Positions 53,591 through 64,000 of a DNA stretch of 64,000 bases are shown one piece after another. The DNA comes from Lentimicrobium sp. (GTDB lineage Bacteria > Bacteroidota > Bacteroidia > Bacteroidales > Lentimicrobiaceae). How positions within the stretch are numbered: the stretch's first letter is position 1; each line of letters opens with the position of its first letter. A program made the translations under genes and the position numbers. Below the pieces are notes generated by a model that searched no databases, was not told where the DNA came from, and saw nothing but the letters and a program-made list of their open reading frames with translations. Location: the NCBI GenBank assembly GCA_035298745.1, contig DATGXS010000046.1:4317-68316 (forward strand), in the 5' to 3' direction.

Positions 53591-55906
53591 TTAATATGGG
53601 CGCCGGTTGAAAATGAGATATCCGAGTTTGAGGAAGAATGACAGGGGCTTGTCTTCTCCTGAAAAATAATTTAGATTGGCACTGACAGGACCTAAGGGAG
53701 TTCGGTAAACAAGCACAGATGAAGCAATTGGATAGAATTTTATGTTGGAGGATTTTTCCGCCTTTAGGGTGACAGGATCTTTAGTTAATGGATTAAGAGC
53801 CATGTATATATAACCTTCAAGCCTGAAGTCGAAATTCTTGTTAAAAGAGTAAATATTCTGACTTCCAATTCCTGCAAATTTATAATTCCTGAATACAGGC
53901 ATAAAGCGGATACTGCTTTCTGAAACCGGTTGAAACTGACCAGATGCAAGGAGTGATGAAGTGTAATTAGAGTAATTACTTTGAGTTGAAAAATTGACAC
54001 TTCCATAAACTCCCAATTTAACCCTGCCAACTCTTTCAAAATAGTTAACATAATCAACTTTTGCCTTGAGCCAGGTATGCTGAATCTTTAGCTTGGTGAT
54101 ATCTTCACTATTGGTACCGGGATAATAGTTCTCACTTCCTGTTACAAGGTGAACCTCAGCCTTTAAATTTGCTCCACTGTTTGGGTATTCCTTATAATTA
54201 AGAGTATTAATTTCAAATTGAACACCCGGGGCAATGTAATTGAAAGAAGTTCTGTCGAGTTTGTCACCTTTAGAATAAGTGTTGGTTTGATAATACTGGT
54301 CTTTATTGGAGCCGAATGTAAGATCAACGGCTATTTTCCCATTGTTGTGGACAGGGAATCCAAGGCTCAGATATCCGAATCTCTCCTGCTGGATCAAAAA
54401 GAATGGATCATCGTCGGCATAAAAGAAGGTACTGGTCTTGAAATAATTGAATTTATTAAAGACGAAACCACCAGACAGATAAAACGGCCGGTATGAAGGG
54501 AAATCGATTCTGGTTTCAAAAAGTGCCGAGTTGTAAAAACGGCCAAAATAGGAATTGGCAGTGAAATTTATGGATTTGGATGTCCAAAGCAGGTAACGCA
54601 ATTGAAGGAACAATTCATTTACTGAGCTTGAAGTTATGGTGCCCCCTACCTCAGTAGTAAGCTGGTTCTGCTTTTCAAGGTCAATAGTCAGATTGTATCT
54701 TTTGTCATCCTTATAATAATGCAGTTCAGGGTAAATATGATCAACTCTGCCCTCTGCAACAAATGCAAAGTACTGTGGCTTTATCATTTCCAGTGTAAGG
54801 TAAGAGGCCCCGATTCTTTTTCCCGGAAGGTTTATAGCGTCACGCCTTAACAATTGACTGATATAATCATACTGTCCAGGTCTGAGCCCGTTAATTTGAA
54901 TACTGCCAATTACCAGCTCAGGCTTCCGGCTATTGAATGCTTCACGTAATGAATCTGCTTGAGCCTTTGTTCTGTGTTCCGTAACAAATTCCCTGATTTT
55001 CGGTAACATCCGTTTTGTCTGGTAGTAACCGCTGTCAATAAATGCCTGGGTATGGCTGAAATCTATCACATTTACATTGAGGAGATTGGGTTTTATAAGT
55101 ACGCTGTTGTCACATAGAACATCAAATTTGCTCTTCATCATGAGCATATTTTGTATCTGCGACATAACGTTATTCATTTGAGGGGCTTCAGCATTTGCAG
55201 ATGCCTGACTTCCAATAATGATATCAGGATTAAAATCAGCAAGCATTACATCTGAAGGAAAATTGTTGTACATGCCTCCATCAAATAAAAGCACACTGTC
55301 AATTTGAATAGGTTTGAAATAGAAAGGGAAGGTCATTGATGCCCGGATGGCTTTACCAAGATCACCTTTTTCGAGCACTACCTGCTGTGCCCGTGCTATA
55401 TCTGATGCAATACACTTAAAAGGCACCATCAGATTGTTGAAATCATAATCAGCTGCTGCAGAGGCATCTGCAAATATCTCAAGGAAGGCAAAATCCATCA
55501 TCATTGGCGACACCAGGTTAGTAGGCAATGATGGCTTGATAACTGTTGAATCAACACTGAACTTAAAGTCAAACCATGAAGCTGTTTTTGGGGGCAATTT
55601 GAAATAATAAGTGTATTTGGGATCAATAGTACCAGTTGACCAGTTCTTGAATTCAGGCGAATTTATAAGCCTTTCCATATCATTGGGCGAATAGCCTGAT
55701 GCATATAAGCCGCCAATAATTGCGCCCATTGAGGTACCGGTAATATAGTCAATTGGGATTTCAGCTTCTTCTAAAGCCCTTATTACTCCAATATGTGATA
55801 CACCTTTAGCCCCTCCACCACTAAGGACAAGGCCAACCTTTTGTGCCTGAACTATATTCAGAGACAACAAGAAAATAATGATGAGACAAACTATTTTATT
55901 CTTCAC
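53591..55906 (-). CDS. Patatin-like phospholipase with C-terminal beta-barrel (PlpD-like)
   Basis: LSGGGAKG, GTSMG, DGG motifs, followed by POTRA-like and barrel regions. GTG start with TAGCTTTG at 55930-55937. Confidence 0.9.
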   Translation of the reverse strand: MKNKIVCLIIIFLLSLNIVQAQKVGLVLSGGGAKGVSHIGVIRALEEAEIPIDYITGTSMGAIIGGLYASGYSPNDMERLINSPEFKNWSTGTIDPKYTYYFKLPPKTASWFDFKFSVDSTVIKPSLPTNLVSPMMMDFAFLEIFADASAAADYDFNNLMVPFKCIASDIARAQQVVLEKGDLGKAIRASMTFPFYFKPIQIDSVLLFDGGMYNNFPSDVMLADFNPDIIIGSQASANAEAPQMNNVMSQIQNMLMMKSKFDVLCDNSVLIKPNLLNVNVIDFSHTQAFIDSGYYQTKRMLPKIREFVTEHRTKAQADSLREAFNSRKPELVIGSIQINGLRPGQYDYISQLLRRDAINLPGKRIGASYLTLEMIKPQYFAFVAEGRVDHIYPELHYYKDDKRYNLTIDLEKQNQLTTEVGGTITSSSVNELFLQLRYLLWTSKSINFTANSYFGRFYNSALFETRIDFPSYRPFYLSGGFVFNKFNYFKTSTFFYADDDPFFLIQQERFGYLSLGFPVHNNGKIAVDLTFGSNKDQYYQTNTYSKGDKLDRTSFNYIAPGVQFEINTLNYKEYPNSGANLKAEVHLVTGSENYYPGTNSEDITKLKIQHTWLKAKVDYVNYFERVGRVKLGVYGSVNFSTQSNYSNYTSSLLASGQFQPVSESSIRFMPVFRNYKFAGIGSQNIYSFNKNFDFRLEGYIYMALNPLTKDPVTLKAEKSSNIKFYPIASSVLVYRTPLGPVSANLNYFSGEDKPLSFFLKLGYLIFNRRPY

Positions 55907-55957
55907 TTTCGGTGCATTGCAATAGGTTACAAAGCTAAAGAAACTGAGAATATGAAT

Positions 55958-57160
55958 TTAATATGTGGTCGAATATAATTTTACCTTATCAAGTGCTTCA
56001 TTCAGGTCGCCAATTATATCTTCAACATCTTCAATTCCAACAGAGAACCTTACTAATCCATCAGTAATACCTGCAGCCATTTTAGCGTCAGCTGAAACTT
56101 TTGAATGAGTCATTGAAGCCGGATGCTGAATTAGTGTTTCAACGCCACCAAGTGAGACTGCTAAAATGCACAATTGCACATTATCCATTAACACCTTTCC
56201 TGCTTCCAAGCCACCTTTAACGCTAAAGCTTATCATAGAGCCAAAACCATCCATTTGCTTTTTAGCAAGTTCGTGTTGTGGATGCGATTCAAGTCCCGGA
56301 TACTTAACCCATTCAATTTTAGGATGTGATTCCAGGAACCTGGCTATTTTCATGGCACTTTGCTGTGCGCGCTCTATTCTTATTCCAAGAGTTTTGATTC
56401 CTCGTATTACCATAAAAGCCTGATGAGGGTCCATATTGCAGCCCAATGTAACCATCATGCTTTTAAGTTTTGCTCCCAGTGGTTTATCTTTTGTAATGAT
56501 GATCCCTGCAACGATATCGGCATGACCATTGAGGAATTTAGTCATTGAGTGAAGTACGACATCAGCCCCAAATTCCAGCGGACGCTGAAGATACGGACTG
56601 CAGAACGTATTATCCACTACCACTATAATTCCCTTTTCATGGGCTAATTCAACGCAAGCAGCAAGATCGGTGATATCCATGGTTGGATTTGCCGGAGTTT
56701 CAATATAGAGCATCTTTGTGTTGGGCCTGATAGCTTTCCTTATCTCTTCAACATTGCTGGTATCGACAAAAGATGATTCTACACCAAATCTCGACCAGTG
56801 TTGTTCCATTACCACCCTTGATGGCCCATATACAGCAGCAGAGCTGACCATATGATCACCTTTGCTAAGAAGTGCCATGTAAACAGTATTAACTGCGGCC
56901 ATACCTGAACTGGTAGCAATTCCGGTTGAACCTGATTCAAGGTCGGCAACCAATGTTTCGAGTGCATTTATGGTAGGATTACCAATGCGGGTATAAATAT
57001 ATCCTTGCTCTTCGCCTGAAAAACAACGGGCTCCATGCTCGGCATTTTCAAATGAGAAGGTTGATGTTTGATAGATTGGAACTGTCGCACTTCCGAATTC
57101 ATCATGAAATTCTCCACTGTGGATCATTCTTGAATTTATACCCAGATTCTTACTTTTCAT
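55958..57160 (-). CDS. Cys/Met-metabolism PLP enzyme (methionine gamma-lyase-like)
   Basis: PIYQTSTF, YIYTRIGNPT, SSGMAA, ETPANP, DNTF, HSMTKFLNGH, AVSLGGVETLIQHPASMTH. Own -7 element TAACTTTG at 57184-57191. Confidence 0.88.
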   Translation of the reverse strand: MKSKNLGINSRMIHSGEFHDEFGSATVPIYQTSTFSFENAEHGARCFSGEEQGYIYTRIGNPTINALETLVADLESGSTGIATSSGMAAVNTVYMALLSKGDHMVSSAAVYGPSRVVMEQHWSRFGVESSFVDTSNVEEIRKAIRPNTKMLYIETPANPTMDITDLAACVELAHEKGIIVVVDNTFCSPYLQRPLEFGADVVLHSMTKFLNGHADIVAGIIITKDKPLGAKLKSMMVTLGCNMDPHQAFMVIRGIKTLGIRIERAQQSAMKIARFLESHPKIEWVKYPGLESHPQHELAKKQMDGFGSMISFSVKGGLEAGKVLMDNVQLCILAVSLGGVETLIQHPASMTHSKVSADAKMAAGITDGLVRFSVGIEDVEDIIGDLNEALDKVKLYSTTY

Positions 57161-57192
57161 TATTGTAGTTTTAATTAGATGGACAAAGTTAC

Positions 57193-57795
57193 TTATTTAT
57201 TTTTCTTTAAGCCTAATGTAAGACTGTCAAAAAATGAGCTCCGGGTTGACTGCCTGAAAATTCCTTCTTTAATTGTCTTTATATCTTCTATTGTATAAAA
57301 TGCTGCTGGATGCAACTTATTGATTAGAGATGCGACATGATCAATGTCTTTTCGTTTGATAATGGTAAAGATTATATCAACCCGTCCCTGTGATCCTTCG
57401 GCTTGAACGGATGTTACTCCATAATTGCTTTCACGAAGCACTTTTATCAATTCCTGTGAATTTTGCCTTGGGATTATTCTGATCATCACATTACCGATTG
57501 ATAATCGTTCTTCGATACTCATACCAATAAAATTACCCATCGCAAACCCTCCCCCATAAGCAACATAACATAGCACATTATCCAGATGCTGCATAACCTG
57601 GCTTACAGTTATTAACCAGATAATGACTTCAAAAAATCCAAGGAATGGAGCAAGATGCTTATATCCTTTAGATAAAAAAATGAGTCTGATTGTGCCTATT
57701 GTCTGGTCGCTGATTCGGGCCAGAAAAATAAGAATTGGTAAGATAACCCACGCAAACACAGGTGAATCGTAAGTTAAAACTGAAAGGAAATCCAT
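57193..57795 (-). CDS. DUF5698/DUF2179 (UPF0316) membrane protein
   Basis: IFLARISD.TIGTIR, GFFEVIIWL, YGGGFAMGNFIG, C-terminal PII-like domain. Confidence 0.88.
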   Translation of the reverse strand: MDFLSVLTYDSPVFAWVILPILIFLARISDQTIGTIRLIFLSKGYKHLAPFLGFFEVIIWLITVSQVMQHLDNVLCYVAYGGGFAMGNFIGMSIEERLSIGNVMIRIIPRQNSQELIKVLRESNYGVTSVQAEGSQGRVDIIFTIIKRKDIDHVASLINKLHPAAFYTIEDIKTIKEGIFRQSTRSSFFDSLTLGLKKNK

Positions 57796-57930
57796 AAAAA
57801 AAATATAAGAATTTAGTACTACAAAATTACAAGGTTAAAATTATTGACAACATCACTGATTTATCATACTTTTAACCCTAAATACAAGAAAATAACCACC
57901 TATTAAGTTTTAGCCCCAGTAAATTTTTCT

Positions 57931-58200
57931 ATGGAAACACTTGAGAACATTAAAAAAGACACCATTTCTGTTGGTGAATGGCTGGTAACAATCATTGTAA
58001 CCGGTATTCCATTGATTGGCATCATTATGCTCTTTGTTTGGTCATTCAGCAGTGGCACGCATCCCGTAAAATCGAATTGGGCAAAAGCAATGCTTATAGT
58101 TATTGCTATATCTATTATTTTGTCAATTCTGATTATCGTTATTTTCGGTGCAGCATTTCTTGGACTTGTTGATCAGGAAATGATAAATCAGGAATATTAA
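57931..58200 (+). CDS. Small conserved two-TM membrane protein
   Basis: SVGEWLVTII...IPLIGIIMLFVWSF...K.NWAKA pattern recalled from a widespread hypothetical family. Confidence 0.75.
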   Translation: METLENIKKDTISVGEWLVTIIVTGIPLIGIIMLFVWSFSSGTHPVKSNWAKAMLIVIAISIILSILIIVIFGAAFLGLVDQEMINQEY

Positions 58201-58293
58201 GTAATAGCTTAAAAGTTAAAGCTGAAAAAAATTCTAACCGCTAACTCGAATAAAAGAAAAATGCTGATCTTCAGTTGACCTTCATAAAAGAAC

Positions 58294-58340
58294 AACAAAA
58301 AATAAGGGTTGATGCTTTGCAACAACCCTTTGTTTTTGTT
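58294..58340 (-). terminator. Terminator at the end of the rpoBC-DUF3467 operon (probably bidirectional)
   Basis: AAGGGTTG / CAACCCTT stem with A/T-rich extensions, between convergent genes. Confidence 0.7.
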
Positions 58341-58355
58341 TTTACGAAAATTCGA

Positions 58356-58661
58356 CTATGCCTGTGCTGTCGGTCCACCTAAAGTAAATGGCAACACTGG
58401 TTCACTATCTTTAATAGGACCGTGTGTTTGTTCAAATTTGCCAATATTTTCCCGTAAGGCATTTAATAAACGTTTAGCATGCTGAGGGGTGAGAATGATG
58501 CGGGCTTTCACTTTTGCTTTAGGAACACCAGGCATCATTTTTACGAAGTCAATAATAAATTCAGCATTGGAATGAGTTATTACGGCAAGATTTGAGTAAA
58601 TACCTTCTGCCATCTCATCACTTAACTCAATATTGATCTGATTCTGCTTTGTTTCATTCAT
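58356..58661 (-). CDS. DUF3467 protein
   Basis: QINIELSDEMAEGIYSNLAVITHSNAEFIIDF...PKAKVKARIILTPQHAKRL. Usual position after rpoC in Bacteroidota. Start set at MNETK. Confidence 0.92.
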   Translation of the reverse strand: MNETKQNQINIELSDEMAEGIYSNLAVITHSNAEFIIDFVKMMPGVPKAKVKARIILTPQHAKRLLNALRENIGKFEQTHGPIKDSEPVLPFTLGGPTAQA

Positions 58662-58751
58662 GATTTTTGAGTTTTTTTTTGCTTTAAAGCATTGAAACCA
58701 TGACATGCACTAATTAGTGCAACATCATGGCTTCAACATTTTTACTATTTA

Positions 58752-61700
58752 CTAAAACTCTTCAGCTTTTGAAGCTTCCAGTTTTTCGAATTCTTCTTTT
58801 GACCCAACAATAAGATCATCGTATTCACGTAAACCGGTACCGGCAGGAATCAGGTGACCAACAATTACATTCTCCTTCAAACCGAGCAATTCATCACTCT
58901 TGGCATTGATGGCGGCAACTGTGAGCACCTTGGTTGTTTCCTGGAACGATGCAGCCGAAATAAAGCTCTTTGTTTGCAGAGATGCTCTTGTTATACCTTG
59001 CAATATCTGCTTAGCAGTTGCAGGTTGAGCATCACGTGCATCAACGAGTTTCTTATCGCGGCGCTTTAACATTGAATTTTCATCCCTGAGTTTACGAGCT
59101 GTAACAATCTGTCCTGGTTTCATTACTGCAGAATCACCCGGATCGACAACCACTTTCTTTCCGTAAATACTATCATTTTCGTCGTGGAAATCAATCTTGT
59201 TAACCAATTCACCTTCAAGGAACTTTGTATCTCCTGGATCAGCAACTTCAACTTTACGCATCATTTGGCGAACTATTACCTCATAATGTTTGTCGTTGAT
59301 CTTAACACCCTGAAGACGATAAACTTCCTGAATTTCGTTAACAATATACTCTTGAACCTTCATAGGTCCCTTAATTGCAAGAATATCACTTGGTGTCATT
59401 GCACCTTCTGAAAGCGGAGTGCCTGCCTTAACATAATCATTTTCCTGAGCAAGGATCTGCTTGGAGGTTGGAACTAGATAAGACTTTTCTTCCCCTGTTT
59501 TTGAAGTAATAATTACTTCACGGTTACCTCTCTTAAGCTTCTTACCGAATGAAACAACACCATCGATTTCAGCAACAATTGCCGGATCAGATGGATTACG
59601 TGCCTCGAATAACTCAGTTACTCGTGGCAAACCACCGGTGATGTCACCCGATTTACCAATTGCACGAGGTATCTTAACAAGTATTTCACCAGCCCTTATC
59701 TTGCGGCCCTCTTCTACAACGATATGCGCGCCTACAGGAATGTCATAAACCCTGAGGTCAGAATTGTCGTTTGCAACGATCCTGATACTTGGGTTTTTAG
59801 CTTTCTGACGGGTTTCAATAATAACTTTATCATGATAACCGGTCTGTTCATCAGATTCAACACGATAGGTAGTTCCTTCTATGATATTATCGAAAACCAC
59901 TTTACCGGCAACTTCTGATAGAATAACTGCATTGTATGGATCCCAATCACTAACAAGATCACCTTTCTTAAGTTGAGCTCCCTGGCGGAAATACAGGTTA
60001 GCGCCATAAGGAATATGAGCTGATGCGAGAACAATACTTGTATTTTTATCAACAATACGCATTTCTGCAGAACGGCCGATAACGATATCGTATTTCTTAC
60101 CTTCTATGTTCTCATACTCAACATAACGAAGTTCATCCATTTCAAGAACACCATCGTATTTGGCTTCTATCTTTGATGAGATAGAAAGGTTGGATGCAAT
60201 ACCCCCAACGTGGAAGGTACGAAGTGTAAGCTGTGTACCTGGCTCACCAATTGATTGAGCAGCAATAACACCCACTGATTCACCCTTTTGAACCATTCGT
60301 GCTGTTGCAAGGTTACGACCGTAACACTTAGCACATACACCTTGTTTCGATTCACAAGTAAGTACCGAACGAATTTCTACTCCTTCAATTGGGGAATCTT
60401 CGATCACCTGGGAAACTTCTTCAGTAATCTCTTCGCCTGCCTCAACAATAAGTTCACCCGTTTGAGGATGATAAATATCATGTAATGAAACCCTGCCTAA
60501 GATCCTGTCGTATAATGTTTCTACTACTTCCTCATTTTTCTTGAGTGCAGTAGTGGTCAAACCTCTTAAAGTACCGCAGTCATGTTCAGTAATAACCACA
60601 TCCTGAGCAACGTCAACAAGCCTACGTGTAAGGTAACCTGCGTCAGCAGTCTTAAGAGCTGTATCCGCAAGACCCTTACGGGCACCGTGAGTTGAAATGA
60701 AGTATTCCAAAACCGAAAGGCCTTCCTTAAAGTTGGAAAGGATCGGGTTTTCAATAATTTCACCACCGGTTGCACCTGATTTCTGTGGTTTCGCCATTAG
60801 ACCCCTCATTCCTGAGAGCTGACGAATCTGTTCTTTTGAACCACGGGCACCTGAGTCAAGCATCATATAAACAGGATTGAAACCCTGCTTGTCTTTTGCC
60901 AGGTTTTCCATCAGAGTGAAGGTTAACCTTGAGTTGGTATGTGTCCAGATATCAATAATCTGATTATAACGTTCATTGTTCGTAATGAAACCCATGTTGT
61001 AGTTGCTCATTACTTCTTCCACTTCTTCGTTTGCTGAAGCAACAAGTGTTTCCTTTACTTCAGGGACAATTACGTCACTCAAAGTAAATGACAAACCTCC
61101 ATGGAAAGCCATTGTATAACCAAGGTTCTTGATATCATCAAGGAACTGAGCGGTCTTAGCTGTTCCGGTTTTCTTCAAAACATCACCAATAATATCACGG
61201 AGTGATTTTTTGGTGAGCAATTGATTGATATAGCCATATTCTGGTGGAACTACCTGGTTGAACAGAACCCTGCCCACAGTAGTCTCAATCATTTTCTCAA
61301 CCCAATAATCTTCTTCCTTGATAGGATATTTTACTTTAATGTAGGCGTGTAGGTCAATAACACGCTCATTATAAGCAATAATAACTTCTTCAGGTGAATA
61401 AAAAATCATACCCTCACCCTTAACTGGATTGTCAGGAATTGATTTACGTCCCTTGGTCATATAATACAGACCAAGTACCATGTCCTGTGATGGAACGGTA
61501 ATTGGAGCGCCATTTGCAGGGTTAAGAATGTTATGTGAGGCAAGCATCAGAAGTTGAGCTTCCAGAACTGCGGCGTTTCCAAGTGGAACGTGAACAGCCA
61601 TCTGGTCACCGTCGAAGTCAGCGTTGAACGCAGTACAAACGAGGGGATGTAACTGAATAGCCTTACCTTCAATAAGTTTAGGCTGGAAAGCCTGAATACC

Positions 61701-63056
61701 CAACCTGTGAAGTGTCGGAGCACGGTTAAGCATAACCGGATGCCCCTTCAGGATATTTTCAAGTATATCCCATACTACAGGATCTTTTCTATCAACGATT
61801 TTCTTGGCTGATTTCACCGTCTTGACGATACCTCTTTCAAGCATTTTTCTAATGATAAATGGCTTGAAGAGTTCAGATGCCATATCTTTTGGAAGCCCGC
61901 ACTCATTTAACTTTAGTTCGGGACCAACAACGATAACTGAACGACCTGAATAGTCAACACGTTTTCCAAGAAGGTTCTGACGAAAACGTCCTTGTTTACC
62001 TTTTAAGCTATCACTAAGTGATTTAAGAGCCCTGTTTGATTCTGTTTTAACAGAATTGGCTTTACGTGAGTTATCAAACAAAGAATCAACAGCTTCCTGT
62101 AACATACGTTTTTCATTACGCATAATTACATCAGGAGCCTTGATTTCAATAAGCCTTTTCAAACGGTTATTACGGATAATAACACGCCTGTATAAGTCAT
62201 TAAGGTCACTTGTTGCAAATCGTCCACCATCCAGAGGAACCAAAGGCCTGAGTTCAGGTGGTATTACCGGAACAACCTTAACGATCATCCATTCAGGGCG
62301 GTTTTCGATACGTTTCTGTGCATCACGGAAAGCTTCGAAAACTTGCAGACGCTTCAAAGCGTCAGCTTTACGCTGTTGTGAAGTTTCATTGTTGGCTTTA
62401 TGCCTGAGGTCGAATGATTCACGGTCCAAATCAAGGGTTTTAAGCAATTCATATAATGCTTCAGCACCCATTTTTGCAACAAACTTCTGTGGATCACTAT
62501 CATCAAGATACTGATTCTCTTTTGGCAAAGCGTCGAGAACTTCAAAGTATTGTTCTTCGGTAAGCAATGCCATTTTTTCTATTTTAACTTCTTCTTTAAG
62601 CATAACCCCTTCCATAATACCTGGATGCACTACTACGTAGCGCTCATAATATATAATGGAGTCAAGCTTTTTCGTATTGAGGTTAAGTAGGGCGCCGATC
62701 TTATTCGGTAAAGAACGGAAGAACCAAATATGAGCCACAGGAACAACTAACTGAATATGTCCCATTCTCTCACGACGTACTTTCTTTTCCGTAACTTCTA
62801 CACCGCAACGGTCGCATACGATACCCTTGTAACGAATTCTTTTGTATTTCCCACAATGGCACTCCCAATCCTTCACCGGTCCGAATATTCTCTCGCAGAA
62901 CAAACCATCTCTTTCAGGTTTGTAAGTACGGTAGTTAATTGTCTCCGGTTTCAGAACTTCACCGCTTGAACGCTCCAGTATCATTTCTGGAGAGGCAAGG
63001 CTTATTGTGATCTTGGAAAAATTGCTGGAAATAGTGCTGTCTTTTCTGAAAGCCAT
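58752..63056 (-). CDS. rpoC: DNA-directed RNA polymerase beta' subunit
   Basis: [10 protein letters not shown], zinc-binding [17 protein letters not shown] catalytic loop, ASFQETT. Confidence 0.99.
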   Translation of the reverse strand: MAFRKDSTISSNFSKITISLASPEMILERSSGEVLKPETINYRTYKPERDGLFCERIFGPVKDWECHCGKYKRIRYKGIVCDRCGVEVTEKKVRRERMGHIQLVVPVAHIWFFRSLPNKIGALLNLNTKKLDSIIYYERYVVVHPGIMEGVMLKEEVKIEKMALLTEEQYFEVLDALPKENQYLDDSDPQKFVAKMGAEALYELLKTLDLDRESFDLRHKANNETSQQRKADALKRLQVFEAFRDAQKRIENRPEWMIVKVVPVIPPELRPLVPLDGGRFATSDLNDLYRRVIIRNNRLKRLIEIKAPDVIMRNEKRMLQEAVDSLFDNSRKANSVKTESNRALKSLSDSLKGKQGRFRQNLLGKRVDYSGRSVIVVGPELKLNECGLPKDMASELFKPFIIRKMLERGIVKTVKSAKKIVDRKDPVVWDILENILKGHPVMLNRAPTLHRLGIQAFQPKLIEGKAIQLHPLVCTAFNADFDGDQMAVHVPLGNAAVLEAQLLMLASHNILNPANGAPITVPSQDMVLGLYYMTKGRKSIPDNPVKGEGMIFYSPEEVIIAYNERVIDLHAYIKVKYPIKEEDYWVEKMIETTVGRVLFNQVVPPEYGYINQLLTKKSLRDIIGDVLKKTGTAKTAQFLDDIKNLGYTMAFHGGLSFTLSDVIVPEVKETLVASANEEVEEVMSNYNMGFITNNERYNQIIDIWTHTNSRLTFTLMENLAKDKQGFNPVYMMLDSGARGSKEQIRQLSGMRGLMAKPQKSGATGGEIIENPILSNFKEGLSVLEYFISTHGARKGLADTALKTADAGYLTRRLVDVAQDVVITEHDCGTLRGLTTTALKKNEEVVETLYDRILGRVSLHDIYHPQTGELIVEAGEEITEEVSQVIEDSPIEGVEIRSVLTCESKQGVCAKCYGRNLATARMVQKGESVGVIAAQSIGEPGTQLTLRTFHVGGIASNLSISSKIEAKYDGVLEMDELRYVEYENIEGKKYDIVIGRSAEMRIVDKNTSIVLASAHIPYGANLYFRQGAQLKKGDLVSDWDPYNAVILSEVAGKVVFDNIIEGTTYRVESDEQTGYHDKVIIETRQKAKNPSIRIVANDNSDLRVYDIPVGAHIVVEEGRKIRAGEILVKIPRAIGKSGDITGGLPRVTELFEARNPSDPAIVAEIDGVVSFGKKLKRGNREVIITSKTGEEKSYLVPTSKQILAQENDYVKAGTPLSEGAMTPSDILAIKGPMKVQEYIVNEIQEVYRLQGVKINDKHYEVIVRQMMRKVEVADPGDTKFLEGELVNKIDFHDENDSIYGKKVVVDPGDSAVMKPGQIVTARKLRDENSMLKRRDKKLVDARDAQPATAKQILQGITRASLQTKSFISAASFQETTKVLTVAAINAKSDELLGLKENVIVGHLIPAGTGLREYDDLIVGSKEEFEKLEASKAEEF

Positions 63057-63099
63057 ATGTTGATGAATAAAGTAATTACTTATTTACCTGTAATCAAAT

Positions 63100-63146
63100 T
63101 TTGTAACCGGCCGACACCCATAATGTCAATATCAGCCGGTTACAAA
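63100..63146. other. Stem-loop in the rpoB-rpoC spacer
   Basis: TTTGTAACCGGC / GCCGGTTACAAA perfect 12-bp stem with inner GACA/TGTC. No U-tract. Confidence 0.6.
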
Positions 63147-63153
63147 TAATCTG

Positions 63154-64000
63154 TTAATCGAAAGTAATGTTAAGGCCAAGGCCTCTCAACTCGTGTACAA
63201 GTACATTAAATGATTCAGGAATACCAGGTATTGGCATGTTCTCACCCTTAACGATTGCTTCATAAGCCTTTGCACGACCCATAACATCGTCAGATTTTAC
63301 TGTCAGGATTTCCTGAAGAATATGCGATGCACCGAATGCTTCAAGTGCCCAAACTTCCATTTCTCCAAAACGCTGACCTCCAAACTGAGCTTTACCACCA
63401 AGAGGTTGCTGAGTGATAAGTGAGTATGGTCCGATTGAACGGGCATGCATCTTATCATCTACCATATGGTGTAATTTCAGCATATAGATATATCCAACGG
63501 TTGCAGGTTGGTCAAATTGTTCACCAGTACCACCATCACAGAGGTAAACTCTGCCATTTTCAGGTAAGCCGGCCTTTTTCATATACTCATTGATTAGAGT
63601 ATCACTTGCACCATCAAAAATTGGCGTTGCAAAGCTTAGACCAAGTTTCTTACCTGCCCATCCTAAGACAGTTTCATAAATCTGTCCAAGGTTCATACGG
63701 GAAGGTACACCTAATGGATTTAGAACAATATCAACAGGCGTTCCATCTGCAAGGAATGGCATATCTTCTTCACGGACAATACGAGCTACGATACCCTTGT
63801 TACCATGACGCCCTGCCATTTTATCCCCAACTTTCAATTTGCGCTTCTTGGCAACATATACTTTTGCCATCTGAACAATACCATTTGGTAAATCATCACC
63901 AACGGTAGCCACAAATTTCTTGCGGTTATAAACACCAAGAATTTCCTTATACTTTATTATATAATTGTTAATAAGGATTTTCACAAGTTCATTAACATCC
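63154..64000 (-). CDS. rpoB: DNA-directed RNA polymerase beta subunit, 3' part (runs off the window)
   Basis: [39 protein letters not shown]. The frame is open to the window edge. Confidence 0.99.
   Translation of the reverse strand, partial: DVNELVKILINNYIIKYKEILGVYNRKKFVATVGDDLPNGIVQMAKVYVAKKRKLKVGDKMAGRHGNKGIVARIVREEDMPFLADGTPVDIVLNPLGVPSRMNLGQIYETVLGWAGKKLGLSFATPIFDGASDTLINEYMKKAGLPENGRVYLCDGGTGEQFDQPATVGYIYMLKLHHMVDDKMHARSIGPYSLITQQPLGGKAQFGGQRFGEMEVWALEAFGASHILQEILTVKSDDVMGRAKAYEAIVKGENMPIPGIPESFNVLVHELRGLGLNITFD

Noticed and set aside
58206-58247. Weak heptamer-like units (AGTTAAA GCTGAAA; CTAACCG CTAACTC)
   Set aside because: Only two or three degenerate copies; not distinguishable from background without a genome-wide test.
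58752-63056. Intein or unusual insertion in rpoC
   Set aside because: Length (1434 aa) and motif order are normal for Bacteroidota; no splicing motifs seen.

Overview
AT-rich chromosomal segment of a Bacteroidota bacterium, most likely an environmental or anaerobic Bacteroidales. This is inferred from a T9SS C-terminal sorting domain, TAnnTTTG sigma70 promoter elements, the DUF3467-after-rpoC synteny and a DUF349 gene. It holds about 41 genes, mostly housekeeping or envelope (purC, treS-like, gdhA, cinA, ltaE, two thioredoxins, aroC, rpoC, 3' part of rpoB). I found no rRNA, tRNA, CRISPR array, prophage or intact IS. Two loci stand out. (1) 14497-23022: two tandem paralogous REC/DUF5752-like/ATP-grasp (PEP-synthase-like) proteins, divergent from gdhA. 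They lack the pyruvate-binding barrel but keep a His in a swivel-domain-like C-terminus and a canonical phospho-acceptor Asp, and one adds two GAF-like sensor repeats. This is a candidate dikinase-type signalling or GDH-control system. (2) 10678-14401: an HTH-only ModE-family regulator between a TonB-dependent receptor and a divergent lipoprotein with a duplicated sulfite-oxidase-like fold and a flavinylation-type motif. Two copies of a 23-bp palindrome (CGATATGCA-N5-TGCAWRWCG) sit upstream of these genes, suggesting a Mo/W or cofactor uptake regulon. Smaller points: an IS1595-derived zinc-ribbon/HTH gene with a host promoter, an orphan catalytically degenerate Mo-bisPGD-family subunit, and intergenic 7-bp and 11-bp tandem arrays, some in opposed orientation. 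All functional calls come from motif recognition by eye; no database searches were run.
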